DNA of 64,000 bases. It comes from Mobula hypostoma. Its lineage: Eukaryota. The position numbers were made by a program, and so were the translations under genes. Numbering within the stretch: the first letter of the stretch is position 1; each line of letters begins with the position of its first letter. The stretch is from positions 137,330,001 through 137,394,000 of the forward strand of contig NC_086104.1 of NCBI RefSeq assembly GCF_963921235.1, read 5' to 3'. This document shows positions 13,052 through 23,994 of the stretch, piece by piece. Below the pieces are notes generated by a model that was given only the letters and a program-made list of their open reading frames with translations, was not told the DNA's origin and did no database searches.

Positions 13052-13118
13052 CAGTACTGTGCAAATGTTTTAGGCACCATAGCTCTATATCTGTGCCCAA
13101 GACATTTGCACAGTACTG
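13052..13118. mobile_element. Tc1/mariner-type micro-MITE
   Basis: TA|CAGTACTGTGCAAATGTTTTAGGCAC-15 nt-GTGCCCAAGACATTTGCACAGTACTG. Confidence 0.7.
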
Positions 13119-14637
13119 GATGTTCAAAACCCTGAGCTGTCAATGTACATAAAATACAGGGAAGATCAAGAGACTGGAGTTAGAATGACATGGACCTTGG
13201 AGAAGATTACAAAGAAAGGGTGGGGTGGAGAGATTTGAAAGAATGGCGTTGGCTGTTATGTGATCCATGGTCTGCTGGAGCTCTACATCCAGGCTGCCGT
13301 GTAGGGACGGCCAAGTAGAAACCTGAAGGTTGTGGCCACCGCACCCAGGATCATGCAGGGGCACAGAGTCAGCCATGTTACCTTGTCCAAATGATGAAAT
13401 GGTTTGAAAATGGTTCTATGGTCCAAATGGGAATTGAAAGCCAATGAGACCCGAATCAGAATCAAGTTTAATATCACTGGCACGTTGTGAAATTTGTTGT
13501 TTTGCAGCAGCAGTACATTGCAGTACATTGTACTAATAAACCTACAGATTACAATAAGAAAAGTATTTTTAAAAATCTAATTAAATAAGCAGTGCAAGAC
13601 TAGAGCAAAAATTAGATTCTGAGGATCAATAGATTTTTTAAATGCCTTAAAACAATGTTGCTTACTGCATTCCCATGGCTGTGACTGTAGATTTCAGCTG
13701 TAGTAGTCCAAGACGGGAATATCTGAAGACTCCCATCGGAGCTGCGCACAATGCATCACCACTTATCAGTGCCACCTTAGGGTCAATCACATTATCCCCT
13801 CCTGTCTTATCACGTAGACACTCTTATTACATGATCAGATCAGATCATACCCATTTCTAAACGACACATTTTCTATAAATATCAAATGTCTTAATGGCTG
13901 CTTGAAAGTTTCCGTCATCCCACTTCCACTGTTTTACTCCAGACATAGGTGGTTCTGCTATAACATGACAATTCCATTCCCAAGAAATCTCACATTATAG
14001 AAAATTGTATTACATCTGAACAGTTTTCTTCAAAGCACAACATTTGACAGGTTTTTTCCCGATCGCAAGTGTGCTATAACCGCTTGTGCGCTGTCCTGGA
14101 CTGCAAGAAATTGCAGAAAGTTGTGAGCAGTCTAGCAGGAGAATAAGTAATGACCACTCTTGCCCCAACGATTCTATCTTTTCACCCTCTCCCACCTTCC
14201 CACCATCGGGGAGAAGATACAAAAGCTTGAAAATCAGGTTGAAGGACAGCTTGCACCCTGCTGTCAACAGACTCTTGAACAGACATTTTACAGGTTAAAG
14301 ATGAACTCTTGATCTCACAAGCTACCTCATCAAGGCTGGTGTACCTAATTGTACCACACCAGACCTTTTCCTGTAACTAACAATATATTCTGCATTATAA
14401 TACTACTTTTCCCTTGTACTAACTTAAAACATCAATGTTTTTAAATCATCAGTATGGATGGTGTGCAAAACAAAGTTTTGACTGTGTCTCAGTACCTGTG
14501 ACAAGGATAAACCAATTCAATTCAATCCAGCCCACAGAATGCAGATAGTCCTCCCTAATGCAATCACATCATAACCATTTAGTGTTCTAGGAGTATGCAC
14601 TTCAGCAGGACTACCTGTACAGAAATATATTTCACTG

Positions 14638-15082
14638 ACACAAGAAAGTCTGCAGATGCCGGAAATCCAAAGCAGCACACACCAAATGCTGGAGGAACTC
14701 AGCAGGTCAGGCAGCATCTATGGAGATGAATAGATAGTCGGCGTTTTGGGCCGAGACCCTTCTTCAGGACTGAAGGGGAAGGGGGCAAATGCCAGAATAA
14801 AAAGGTGGAGGTGGGTGGGAAGGGGAAGGAGGACAGCTAAAAGCTGATAGGTGAAGCCAGGTGGGTGAGAAAAGAGCTGGAGAAGAAGGAATCTGATAGG
14901 AGAGAAGAGTGGACTATAGAAGAAAGGAATGATGAGGGGACCCAGAGGGAACTAATAGGCAGATGAGAAGAGGTGGGGAACAGAGGAAGTGGGGTGGTGG
15001 GGGGGGAACTAGTTTAGTGGAAGGAGAAATCGATATTCAGGCCATCAGGTTGGAGGCTACCCAGAAGGAACACAAGGTGTTG
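14638..15082 (-). mobile_element. Penelope-like 3' remnant with degenerate hammerhead (14735-14772), in an LZTS1 intron
   Basis: End of GIY-YIG (LGSLQPDGLNIDF); CAGTC-CTGAAGA-AGGGTCTCGGCCC-AAAA-CG-CC-GACTA. Confidence 0.8.
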
Positions 15083-16010
15083 AAGCTCTGAAGCACTTTT
15101 GGATTTGCTTGCAGTGCACTTGTCTGGTACCAATTGCAACTTAGGAGCGGTTGTCAGCTACCTGGCCCTCAAGCGTGCCTCACCGTCCAATACAATACTG
15201 GCTGATCTATCACAGAGCTCGATCTCTTCCCTGGGCCAGATCGCGACCTCCTGATCCTTCAGAAATATACCCATCTCCATTTTAAATAGTTCTGGCAATC
15301 TCATCCGAACAAGCCTCTGGGGCAGAGGGTTACAGAGATTCATCACCCTCTGCCAAATAGCCTATACCTCTGCTGGCTGGTTGCAGCCCCGTTTGGTGTG
15401 CAGGGACCAATGCGTAAGATCAGAAAAAGCGTTGTAAACTCAGCCAGTTCCATCATGGCCACTTGCTTCCCCAGCATTGAGAACAGCCTCAAAACGTGAT
15501 GCCTTAAAAAGGCGGCCTGTATTGTTAAGGACCCCCATCACCCAGGGCACATCACATCATAGAAAGTTGTGTTAAACAAAAGTTCCCTTCCAAGCACAGC
15601 ATTTGACAGGTTTTTCCCATCACAATTGTGCTAAAACCAATCATAATCTGTCCTGGACTGCCAGAATTGCAAAAAGTTGTGAACGGAGCACAGCCCAGCA
15701 AGGGAATATATATATATATATTTCTTATTGTAATTTATAGAATATTTTATGTTTTGCACTGTACTGCCACCAGGAAACAACACATTTCAAGACCCAGTCA
15801 GTGATAATAAACCTGATTCTTATCCTGGAAGATTATCAACCAAAAACACTAACTCTTTTATTCATTCAGGGACCAACTGCACACAATTTCATGGAGAAAA
15901 AGAAAAATCAAATGTGGCCAGATTTGCAAACTTATTCTCCTCACAATTCAAAACTCTAGGTTAAGGTTAGTAATATTATTTTCTCCCCGAATAAACAGTG
16001 GTGTTCCTAC

Positions 16011-16808
16011 CTCCCATTTAATTTCTTCAAGCTTTGGACCGAGTTCATTTTGTTCTCTTTCATAGGTTTTGCATTTGGCTTTGAGGCTGTTGCACTCCTG
16101 AAGAAGTCGAGCAAAGTTGTCCTTCAACTGCTGCTTCTCCTGTTGGAGCTGGCTGACTTGGAGTTGGAGGAACTGCTGGTCTCCATGCATCTTCTCAGAG
16201 GCCTGAATTGAATTGGCATCAAGCCTCCGCTCGGGGCTGCCCGTCCCCTGCACACAGTGTTGCGGATTTTCATTGCCGGTGGGGGCGCTGCCCGCCTTCC
16301 CCTTGCACAGGGCTTGCTGGAGCCCCTGAGATCCCCCTCGCTTCCCTGCGGATTTCCCTTCACATTCCGGAGCTTCAGGTCGGCTGACGGAGCACGATCG
16401 ATGGAGGCAAGAACTTGAGTCTTGGCTGACGGGGCAGTGACCCCCATCAGAGGCAGACGTGCTGCTTCCATTTCTCAAGGTGCCCGCGACGTGTTGAGCC
16501 GAGCCTCCGAACTTCTTGCGCAGGCTGGTGGGAGCTCCAGTGTGCTCGGTCCCATGGCTGCATCCTGTGCTGTGTGTAGGCAGGCTGGACATGGAATTTC
16601 TACCTGAGTCGGACAATGTTCCCGAACAGCTTGTGTGCTGCCGGTCTTGACCCTGCTGATTTTCTGAGTGGCTTCCTGGTTTCAGAGCATTTCCCTGGAA
16701 CGTAAGCTTCACACTCATCTGCGAACCCAAGGGACCATTGAGATTGGTGCCATTCCGAGGTACCACAGCCTTAAAAGCCGTTGGCCTGACGACACTCATT
16801 TCACTGCC
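16011..16808 (-). CDS. LZTS1: LZTS1-like coding exon 2 (266 codons)
   Basis: Acceptor ttttttttcag|GGC gives GSEMSVVRPTAFK. Contains SDSGRNSMSSLPTHST and LQVSQLQQEK..LEEIKWE Fezzin motifs. Donor GAG|GTAGGA, phase 0. Confidence 0.93.
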
Positions 16809-16894
16809 CTGAAAAAAAATGGCTCAGTTAGTCTGCGTAACATTATACCTTTTCTATATTCCCACTTCTTAGTCTACTGTCTATCAGAGAACCA

Positions 16895-17180
16895 GCATTT
16901 CAAATGAGGAATTATTCAGAGGTCGGATCTGTGCTCTTCAATGCATTGTAAAGAATCCCAAGGCACTATCTTGCCAGAGGCTCTTCATTATTCTCAGCAT
17001 TTTAGCTGATAATTGCCCATTAAATCAGCAGATTAGCTATTCAGCGTCAAATTGCTGTTTCTGAGACTTACAGTACACAAAAATTTCTGCTGTCAAGTTT
17101 TTCCACCATCACAGCTGTGATTAAACTTAACAGTGACTGTGAGTACTGCGGCTCGGAAACATGTTCTGGTGAAAGTTTAC
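16895..17180 (+). mobile_element. Ancient DeuSINE-like relic
   Basis: tttcaaatgag...gtaaagaatcccaaggcactat...attgctgtttctgag matches the recalled Deu-domain order. Confidence 0.55.
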
Positions 17181-17489
17181 CTTGCCTTATTCCAGAGTTT
17201 TTTGCTTTTATTTCAGATTTCCAGAAGACATTCTATTTTAGCATAAAGGCAGATCTCCCTTTAAGTTCTAGCTAGGCTCAGTAAGGGATGTTCTCATCCC
17301 AAAGGCTTGGATCTTGACCTGATACAGGAGTGGATAGATCCCGCAGAGGATCTAGGTGAAGGGTTTCTGTGAAGGTTTGCTGAGTTTACCTGTAGCGACA
17401 CCTACCCCACTGATTCTCAGTTACAACAGAGCCTGACAAACCTCAAAGGAAATCTACCTTTTGAAGAGAAATCTAAATGAGCCCTTGAA

Positions 17490-17783
17490 TGAGTCTTTGG
17501 GGTACTGCAAGTCTATGCTTTTATTGATGCTTTGCTGCACGCTTGAGTGCTCAATGGAGGGCACCAATGCTTTTTTTCCTGCTGGGGGTGGGGGGGATCG
17601 TTGCTTTACTGCTGCATATGCGTCGGAGGGGGGAGCTGGGGGGCTTTGGGGTTCTAACATTTAACTGTCATTCATTCTTTGGGGCACTCCTCTGTTTTAA
17701 TGGATGTTTGCGAAGAAAACGAATTTCAGGATGTATATTGTATACATTCCTCTGACATTAAATGGACCTTTGAAACCTTTGAA
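17490..17783 (+). repeat. Interspersed repeat with (cctttgaa)-type tail; other copies at ~35180-35610 and ~44140-44560
   Basis: Shared ggctttggggttctaacat...tcattcattctttggggcact...tgtatattgtatacatt...ttaaat. Confidence 0.7.
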
Positions 17784-18289
17784 TAGCCTGATACAGAAAG
17801 ATCCCCAGTGACACTCACCATCCTGATCAATATTCCTCCAGTCAGCAACTCTACCACTATATCAAAAGCTCACAAAGTGTAAGTAAACTTGGGTGTCACA
17901 CTTGCTTGCCTAGAAAAGTCAACACTGGTAAGTCAATAGAGAAATGAGACAAAATTATAGGGCTTTAGGGCTTTCAGAAACAAACTTGAATATTGAACCC
18001 AATGACCGGGGCTGTGGAGAGGATGAAAGGATGTCCAGGTGAAGCATAACAGCTTAGTGGGCTGTTTATTATTCACGTACAAGCCTGAACATTGGCTAGA
18101 TGAACCGAGGGGCAGCATGGTCTTCAACATCGATAACTATCTTGTGAATCACTGATGTCCAATATGAGCTCTGCTTGGGAGTGGTTAGTGGGAAGGGTTC
18201 ACTCTCTGCTGAGAGACAACTGTGTGATTTTCGTCAGTGGAATTTTTCAGCTGTTCACAGAACACACAACAGTATCGTACAGGACAATT

Positions 18290-19260
18290 TTGGTCCCCAT
18301 ATCTCAGAAAGGATGTATTGTCACTGGAAAGAGTCCAGAGGAGGTTCACGAGGATGATTCCAGGAATGAAGGGGTTAACATATGAGGAGCGTTTGGCAGC
18401 TTTGGGCCTGTACTTTGGGGGATCTCATTAAAACCTACCAAATATTGAAAGGATTAGATAAGGTGGATGTGGAGAGGATGTTTCCTATGGTGGGTGTATC
18501 CAGAACTAGAGGGCACAACTTCAAAACTGAGGGGCGACCTTCTAGAACAGAGACAAGGAGGATTTCTTTTAGCTGGAGAGTAGTGAGTCTGGGGATGCTC
18601 TGCCACAGACTGCGGTGGCGGCCAAGTCCATGGGTATATTTAAGGCGGAAGTTAATAGTTACCTGATGAAAGGATATGGTGAGAAGGCAGGTGTGAGTGG
18701 GATCCAGGATCAGCCATGATATAATGGCAGAGCAGCTTCGATGGACTGAATGGCCTAATTCTGCTCCTAATTCTTATGGTCACAGGAACAAGCCCCTTCA
18801 CCCCTTTGGCCTTGCTGTTGTACCAAAGTGATCAAACTAGTAATTAAATGCCTAACTAAACGAATCCCTTCTGCCTACACAAGTTCTATATCCCTCTTTT
18901 TTCTGCACATTCATATCCTTAAGAACCTCTATCCTAATTACCACCCCTAGCAGTACCCCAGGCACCAGCCACTCGCTGTAAAAAAAAATTGTCCTGCACA
19001 TCTTTAATCTTACCCCGACCCCCCACCCCGCCGACCTCACAGTAAATGCATGCCCTCTTGTATTAGACATTTCAATCTTGGAAAAAAGATACCGGTTTTC
19101 TATTCTCTCTATGTAGTCCTATAATCTTATAACCCTCTGTAGGCCTCCCCTCAGTATCTGCCATTCCAACTCACTGTCTAATACAAGCAACAGTCTCTTA
19201 AATTTCTTCAGCACCCTCTCTACATCCTTTCTACAATGGGATGACCAGAACAAAATGCAA
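18290..19260. mobile_element. Two CR1 3' fragments, tail to tail
   Basis: + strand QFWSPYLRKDVLSLERVQRRFTRM; - strand SNTRGHAFTVR. Confidence 0.8.
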
Positions 19261-19267
19261 TACTTCC

Positions 19268-19926
19268 GTTACCTCTCTCCTTCTTCTCACTTACCCATCA
19301 CCTCCCCTGGTTCCTTCCTCCTTTCTTTCTTCCCATGGTCTATTCTCCTCTGCTATCAGACTGTTTCTTCTTCAGCTGTTTACCTTTTCCACCTATCATC
19401 CCCCAGATGATCACATAATCCCCCCTCCCTCACCCACCACCTTCCCCCTCACCTGGTGTCACCCATCACCTGCCAGCTTCTCACTTCATCCCATCCCCAC
19501 CTTCCCTCCTCACCTGGTCTCGCTGATCATCTACCAGCTTCTCACATCAACCCCCTCTCCCACCTACTCACCTTCCCCTCTCACCTGGTCTTACTGATCG
19601 CCTGCCAGCTTCTCACATCACCCCCCTCCCCCACCTATTCACCTGGTCTTACCAATCACCTGCCAGCTTCTCCCTTCATCCCCTCTCACCTGGTCTCACC
19701 GATCACCTGCCAGCTTCTCACTTCATTCCCCTCCCCATCCACCCACCTTCCCCCTCACCTGGTCTCACCTGCTAGCTTGTACTCCTTCGCCTCCCTCCAC
19801 CTTTATATTCTGGCTTCTCCCTTCCTTTCCATTCCTGATGAAAGGTCTCGGCCCAAAAGGTCAACTGTTTATTCCCCTCCATAGAAGCTACCTGACCTGC
19901 TGAGTTCCTCCAGCATTTTGTGCGTC
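19268..19926 (+). mobile_element. PLE 3' remnant with internal tandem expansion and degenerate hammerhead (19830-19867)
   Basis: CT-rich UTR homologous to the other PLE copies; CCTGATGA-AAGGTCTCGGCCC-AAAA-GG-TC-AACTG. Confidence 0.75.
19440..19780 (+). repeat. Degenerate minisatellite, ~6 units of 45-70 bp
   Basis: Repeated cacctggtctcaccgatcacctgccagcttctcac. Confidence 0.8.
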
Positions 19927-20408
19927 GCAGTACCCACATGCAGCCTAACTGGAATTTTATGAAGCTACAGCATAAATTCCCAACACTTTAACTCAGTGCC
20001 TCGGCTAATAAATGTATCACGCGCTTCTTACGACCCTTGCTGCTTCTGATTAGTTATATGTTGCTGATTATGGGGGAAGGGAGTCTTCCTTAGTTCCCAC
20101 TCATTCAGACATCTCTTGTCTGCAGAATGTTCTTGCTTGTTCTAAAGGATGTTTTCTGGCCGTCTGTCCAATTGTCCATCGTCTGAACTACTGGAACTGA
20201 AACCTTACCGCTAAACCATCCCGTGGTGACCCGTTAATCTCTTTGAGGGGCTTGTTGCGGATGGTAATGCTTTTCTCCCATAATGAAATAGAAAGGGATT
20301 CGCTTTTCCTACTGCCAGAGCACAATGAAGAACTCCACAGCCAATGAATTAGTTTTGGGCCACGGCCAAGGTTGAGATGTGGGGCACCTGGCGGAAGAGG
20401 AGACTCAC

Positions 20409-20744
20409 CTTCTCCAGCTGGCCAGAGAAGGGCACCAGGACAGGCGGAGGTCCTTTGATATCCATTACGTCTTTTGGAGGTGACAGGCTGGAAGCACGGT
20501 TCCTACGCTTGCCTGCGGTTGCCAGTCTGTTCCCTTGGCTAATGCTGATGTAGAAGAAGTCCTCAGCTTTCTCACACCTGGACCGATTGCCAAAAGGCTC
20601 ATGGCCGGCACTGAACTTCAGCAGCCCGTCCTGTTGCCGGACAAACTTCTGGAGGTGGGAAGGTTTCCTGCTCCTGGACTCAAACGCCCTACAGTGTTTG
20701 TCGTGGAAGCTGCCACCTGGTATGAGGCTGCTCACGCTTCCCAT
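20409..20744 (-). CDS. LZTS1: LZTS1-like coding exon 1 (112 codons), N-terminal myristoylation-type MGSVSS
   Basis: MGSVSSLIPGGSFHDKHCRA...DGLLKF...EDFFYI...PPVLVPFSGQLEK resembles the vertebrate LZTS1 N-terminus. Strong Kozak context (ATCATGG). Donor AAG|GTGAGT at 20409/20408, phase 0. Confidence 0.92.
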
Positions 20745-20881
20745 GATGCCCTTGGCTGGATAAAGTACCAGAGGTGGGGGCGACCCGAGTTTATTCTGCT
20801 GAGAGCGAGGTTTGGGACGGATGTCCCAGACATCCTCAGCTGCTGAATGAACTCCAACTCAGCATGTTGAATCCATTGACC
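20745..20881 (-). other. LZTS1: 5' UTR part of the start-codon exon, containing three uATGs
   Basis: Candidate acceptor ccttttgtttcctggcag|G at 20882/20881. In-frame TGA upstream of the main ATG at 20861-20859. Confidence 0.6.
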
Positions 20882-21009
20882 CTGCCAGGAAACAAAAGGA
20901 ATCCAATGAATTGAAAACACAAGAAACTTGGCAGCATCAGGAGTATGTAGCCAGCTTCACCGACACCCATTCACTTGCCTAAATATTCACTGCCTCGTCC
21001 TCCAGTGAG

Positions 21010-21580
21010 TACGATCATACATTCTGAGAAGGTTGAAGTGTGTAACATTCCTCGCCCCCCATTTTACCAACTTTCTACAGGAGCACCATCAAGTGTGTCC
21101 TGTCCTGTATCAGTGTGTGGTACGGAAACTGCAAGACCCTACAGAGGATAGTAAAAACCACCAAGTGGATCAGTGGGGTCTCTCTCCCCCCCAGTTGTGA
21201 GATTTATCAGCAGCATTGTATATGAAGGGCCCAAAGCATTGTTAAGAATCCCCATACCAATCCCACAATCTCTTTGACCCACTACCATCAGGAAGGAGGA
21301 CTAGGACTGCCAGACAGGGTAAAAGCTTCTACCTTCAGATTGTTGGACTAACGTATACCCTGCCATCACCAGGGCCTCATCACCAGGACATCGTGCTTTT
21401 TACTGTTTCCCTGTGCTGCACACCTTACATGCATTTTGAATTATATTTCATTAACTTATTCGTAATGGTATCTTGTTTTATGTGCTGTGTGTGATACTTG
21501 TATTGGGGGTACAATGTGGTCTGGAGGAACGCTGTGTGGTTTGATCGTGTATACGTACAATAATCTTGAACTTGAACTTA
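21010..21580 (+). mobile_element. Rex1/Babar-like LINE 3' fragment
   Basis: ILPTFYRSTIKCVL...WYGNC; tail ttgaacttgaactt. Confidence 0.6.
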
Positions 21581-21599
21581 AGCTAGAATCCTAAAGTCA

Positions 21600-22180
21600 T
21601 AGAGCACTTCCCATAGGCCCTTTGGCCTATCTAGTCTATGCCGGCCTGGTTTTCTGCCTAAACCCTCCTACTTTCCCCTGTACCACAGCCCTCCATACCT
21701 CTCCCATCCATGTACCTTAAGACCTTAAGGTATAGGAACAGAATTAGGCCATTTGGCCCATTGAGTCTGCTCTGCCACTTCACCATGGCTGATCCAGTTT
21801 GCCTTTCAGTCCCAATCTCCTGCCTTCTCCCTGTATCCCTTCATGCCCTGACCAATTAAGGAATCTATCAACCTCTGCCTTAAATATACGTAAACACTTC
21901 GCCTCCACAGCTGCCTGTGGCAAAGAACTCCACAGCTTCATCACTCTCTGGCTAAAGAGGTTCCTCGTCATTTCCATTCTAAAAGAATGCCCCTCTATTC
22001 TGAGTTCCTCCTCAGATTCCCCTTAAATATTTCACCTTCCGTCCTAAACGTATGACCTCATGTTCTAGTCTCACCCACCCTAAAGGGAAAAAGCTGGCAT
22101 ACATTCACACTACCTCTACCCCTCATTATTTAGTATACAGACCTTCTACAGGATCCCCCCTCATTCTCCTGTGCTTCAGA
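21600..22180 (-). mobile_element. Nested CR1 3' fragments
   Basis: RNLFSQRVMKLWSSLPQ; CR1 3' UTR present twice. Confidence 0.75.
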
Positions 22181-22919
22181 AGAGAGTATTGCTACAACTT
22201 TTGATGGCTTATTGGTTAACACTTTTCAAACTCCAACTTTTTCCACTATAAAGTTCAAGGGCAGTAGGCATGTAGAATCTTCAACAAATCCCCTCTTGTG
22301 ACCTCCTTACTTGGAAGTCTGTCACTGTTCCTTCATTGTCACTGGATCTACCTCTTGGACCATTCCTACTCAGCAGTCTGGTGGGAAGATCTTCACCATA
22401 CAGGTTGCAGCAGTTCAAGGAAGTGACTCAGCTCCAAATTGCCAAGATCACTCAGCGATGGATGATAAATGCCTTTGCCTACAATGCTCACAGCCCAAAA
22501 AGTGAAAAAAAACAAAGTGAAGGTTATCAATCAACTGATAAAGTAAAGACCCCCATAGTCCATTTATTCTAAACTGCTTCAGATACTACAGGGACAAAAT
22601 GCTGATGGGTCACAGTATTAATCACACTGTAATTCCTTGAATATTCCTGTGATTTCCCAGTTTTTGAAACAAGGGACCACCCAGTAACTCAAGACCGTGC
22701 AATTTGTTTCTGCAATTTTATTAGTGCAGCTGCTGACATGCCAAGAAAGGCGGATGCCTTGGTACATTCTCCCAGAGAAAGCATTCAATCCAGAGGCTGG
22801 TCGTACAAAATATGCCAGCCTCCCTCCTGTGTCATTGTACTGGGACACGCTGAACAAGAATTCCCTTCTGCTGGAGTGAATTATAGGGTAGGCAGTAATT
22901 TGACCAGGTCCCATGTGAA

Positions 22920-23098
22920 GAGAAAATCTGCAGATGCTGGAAATCCAAGCAACACAAAATGCTGGAGGAGCTCAGCAGGCCAGGCAGCATCTATGGAAAA
23001 GAGTACAGTCGGCGTTTCCCAAGACCCTTCAGCAGGAATGTGCTCTTTTGCATAGATGCTGCCTGGCCTGCTGAGTTTCTCCAGCATTTGGTGTGTGC
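22920..23098. mobile_element. Fold-back PLE end: hammerhead (minus, 23006-23040) between inverted tails
   Basis: Arms ~22952-23007 and ~23039-23094 are reverse complements. Confidence 0.75.
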
Positions 23099-23283
23099 CC
23101 CAGGTGAAGAATTTTAAATTCAATGCACTCAGTCCTACCATCCCCTACTCCACATTTATTCCAGAATCTATTGAAATGGTCAATGCAGACATACTGTGAT
23201 ATAATTACCACCGCCCGACACTGCTGGTTCTGTAACAGGGGCCTCCAGGAGAACATGAGTGTGTTCCTCAAGATGGCCAACAT

Positions 23284-23956
23284 TTAGATTATGAGGACAC
23301 TCAGTCCTCGTTTATTGTCATTTAGAAATGCATGCATTAAGAAATGACACAATGTTCCTCCGGAGTGATATCACAAAAAAAACAAGACAAACCAAAGACT
23401 AACACTGACAAGACCACATAATTATAACATATAGTTACAGCAGTGCAAAGCAATACCATAATTTGATAAAGAACAGACCATGGGAACGGTAAAAAAAAGT
23501 CTCAAAGTTCCGATTGACTCCCAATAGTCCCCGATAGCAGGCGGCAGAAGGGAGAAACTCTCCCTGCCATAAACCACCAGGCACCGACAACTGCCGATGC
23601 ATGGAAGCACCCGACCACAGCCGATTCTGAGTCCGTCCGAAAACTCCGAGCCTCCGGCCAGCCCTTTGACACCCAGCACCGAGCACCATCTCTGCCGAGC
23701 GCTTCGACCCTGGCCCTGGCAGCTGAGCAACAAGCAAAGCCAAGGATTTGGGGCCTTCCCCTCCGGAGATTCTGGATCACACAGTAACAACGGCAGCGAA
23801 AAAGGCATTTGAGAAGTTTCTCCAGATGTTCCTCCGTTCTCTCACATCTGTCTCCATCAAATCAGGATTGTGCAAGGCACTCTACTTGACAGATTACAGA
23901 TATCATTCACCGGAGTGGCCACGCAAGCTGTGTCGCGCCGCCATCTTTCCCTCCTC
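23284..23956 (-). mobile_element. ~670-bp non-coding retro-element (AAGATGGCG head, LINE-like tail)
   Basis: Highly similar copy at 52966-53636. Confidence 0.8.
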
Positions 23957-23994
23957 TTGCAGAATCTCTTGTAATTTTAAAATATTCCTGTGAA

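Noticed and set aside
19440-19780. CRISPR-like array
   Set aside because: Eukaryotic context; the units are degenerate tandem copies with no unique spacers.
23422-23812. Overlapping ORFs repeated at 53189-53558
   Set aside because: GC-rich repeat copies whose frames are not conserved between them.
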